From positions 1 through 51,138 of the IMG/VR virus record IMGVR_UViG_3300002054_000001: DNA of 51,138 bases; one strand, written 5' to 3'. The stretch is from a virus. Both the position numbers and the translations under genes were made by a program. The stretch's first letter is position 1, and every line of letters starts with the position of its first letter. The notes under the pieces are model-generated. The model had not been told where the DNA came from and did no database searches. It worked only from the letters and a program-made list of their open reading frames with translations. Shown in pieces: positions 49,853 to 51,138 of the stretch.

Positions 49853-51138
49853 ATGGGACAGGAAGGTTGCCGCAATCCATTTCAAGGGCCAGCCGACGGC
49901 GAAGACGGAGCTGACGGAAAAGGACTATTTGAACTCGCTGTAGAGCGAGGCTTTGAAGGTACGCTTGACGAGTTCATCGAGGCGCAAAAAGCAGCTTGCG
50001 CAGAATGTACTCCAGTAGTAATGCTGCCAACATGTAATCCAGGACAAACACTGATCGCAAACGCATCAGGAAATCTTGTTTGTGCAAATGTAGAAGCACA
50101 GTTTGATCCAACTGCCTACCAAGTAGAGCGGTTCGTTCGTCGTGAGTGTTTCGTAGTTGGTGGAGAGACTCTCGAAGGATACGTATATCAGATGAGCAAC
50201 CTCGATGGAGAGGCTGTAGGCGCAGTTCTCATCCGAGACACTGCTGGTAACTCATACTCAACATGGGTAGCTGGAAACTGCTGTGATCTATGTCCTGTAC
50301 CAGATCCAGGAGATCCACCAGTAGATCCATGTCTCAACAACACTACAGAGCCGACAGTAGTAATCACTACTCCGACAACTGATGTAGAGGGAGCTTTCAA
50401 TGTCACAATCACTTTCAGTGAGAGTGTAAACAGCTTCACAATCGCTGACATCATCCTTACAAATGCAACCGTCTCAAACTTTGCAGGTGGTGGAGCAATC
50501 TACACAGCGACAATCACACCTTCTTCTGAGGGTAATGGTACGGTCACAATCCCTGCTGGCGCTGCACAAGATGTGTGTAACAACAACAGTCAGGTAGGCA
50601 CTTTGAACTTCACATACGACATCGTAGATAGAGAGTGTGTGTGGGTAAACGCAACCGACGGCCCAAATAGCGACGGTAAAGTTTGTCTCGCTGCAAATGG
50701 TGTAGCACAAGAGGTCACATTCTCAACGAAGCTCGGTTGTCACCTTAACAAACTCCTCACTCCTGTAGTAGAACTATGGAGCGGAAAGCGTATGAACTTC
50801 GGTGAAATCTGTCTTTCACAGACCAACGATGCTCAATACTATGGAACTGTGCAAGCAGAACTCCTCGATCGTATCAAGTTCTTCAATGACAATGGTGAAG
50901 ACATCTCTACAACTGTATGGGCTGCTTCAACTGACTACGGTACTGGGTATCCATGTATGATGTACCAGGCTGATGCAAATGGCATCACATACTCTGGCCC
51001 ACAAGCTGCAAACTGGGAGCAGCACTACAGCGACAATGACTTCAACGGTGTAAACTGGAGCGCTCTCGACTTTGACTTCTCAAACGCCTCAAATGGTGGA
51101 ACGAACTCAGCAAATCCTTATCCAAACGGCTTCGGAGC
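49853..51138 (+). CDS. N-terminal part of the junction-spanning tail fibre/spike ORF (continues at 1..1715)
   Basis: Hand translation shows no stop from ATG 49853 to the window end. Collagen-like GPADGEDGADGKGLFELAVERGFEGTLDEF fibre N-terminus. Bacterial Ig-like module FNVTITFSESVNSFTIADIILTNATVSNFAGGGAIYTATITPSSEGNGTVTIPAGAAQD. Confidence 0.75.
   Translation, partial: MGQEGCRNPFQGPADGEDGADGKGLFELAVERGFEGTLDEFIEAQKAACAECTPVVMLPTCNPGQTLIANASGNLVCANVEAQFDPTAYQVERFVRRECFVVGGETLEGYVYQMSNLDGEAVGAVLIRDTAGNSYSTWVAGNCCDLCPVPDPGDPPVDPCLNNTTEPTVVITTPTTDVEGAFNVTITFSESVNSFTIADIILTNATVSNFAGGGAIYTATITPSSEGNGTVTIPAGAAQDVCNNNSQVGTLNFTYDIVDRECVWVNATDGPNSDGKVCLAANGVAQEVTFSTKLGCHLNKLLTPVVELWSGKRMNFGEICLSQTNDAQYYGTVQAELLDRIKFFNDNGEDISTTVWAASTDYGTGYPCMMYQADANGITYSGPQAANWEQHYSDNDFNGVNWSALDFDFSNASNGGTNSANPYPNGFG
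51090..51138. repeat. 49-bp exact terminal direct repeat, copy 2
   Basis: Identical to 1..49. Confidence 0.9.

Noticed and set aside
1-51138. Searched by eye for a diversity-generating retroelement, retron, integrase/attP, CRISPR array, tRNA genes and DNA methyltransferases.
   Set aside because: No YxDD reverse-transcriptase motif was found. No template/variable repeat pair was found near the fibre genes. No tyrosine or serine recombinase motifs, repeat-spacer arrays, tRNA cloverleaf signatures or methyltransferase motifs (DPPY, FxGxG) were found in any plausible frame.

Overview
The window appears to be a complete, circularly closed tailed-phage genome of about 51.09 kb. Positions 1-49 are identical to 51090-51138, and a 983-codon tail-fibre ORF reads in frame across that junction. 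Every credible gene is on the + strand. The long minus-strand and alternate-frame ORFs in the track look like shadow ORFs.

Gene order:
- Late structural and lysis block, 46.8 kb through the junction to 11.1 kb: four very large carbohydrate-binding or tail-fibre proteins, two holin-like genes and an M23 peptidase. It ends at a strong intrinsic terminator.
- Sigma70-like promoter at 11.2 kb, followed by a membrane-anchored lysozyme-like protein.
- Recombination pair: putative annealing protein plus PD-(D/E)XK exonuclease.
- A 230-nt ORF-free structured-RNA locus.
- Replication initiator with in-gene iterons, followed by a DnaB-type helicase.
- A lambda nin-like block (NinG/HNH-like, RusA), followed by a promoter-plus-terminator switch.
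- About 40 small genes of unknown function, many with zinc ribbons or transmembrane segments.
- Packaging and head genes: terminase large subunit, portal, scaffold and a Cys-rich major capsid protein.
- Tail and ejection genes, including a 1475-aa polyvalent protein with ART-like and HExxH domains.

I found no integrase, repressor module, tRNA, CRISPR array, reverse transcriptase or DNA polymerase. All three stop codons terminate well-supported genes, so the code is standard. Shine-Dalgarno sequences are almost absent.

Most noteworthy observations:
- A toxin/antitoxin-like pair hidden in an alternate frame, just upstream of the packaging module.
- Two promoter-to-terminator structured RNA loci.
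- A lambda-ori-like iteron plus AT-rich block inside the initiator gene.
- An apparently circularly permuted M23 peptidase.
- -10-like hexamers placed exactly at -12..-7 from several start codons, the geometry expected for leaderless mRNAs.
- A Cys-rich virion together with a phage thioredoxin-fold gene.

All domain calls come from reading motifs by eye; no database search was run.
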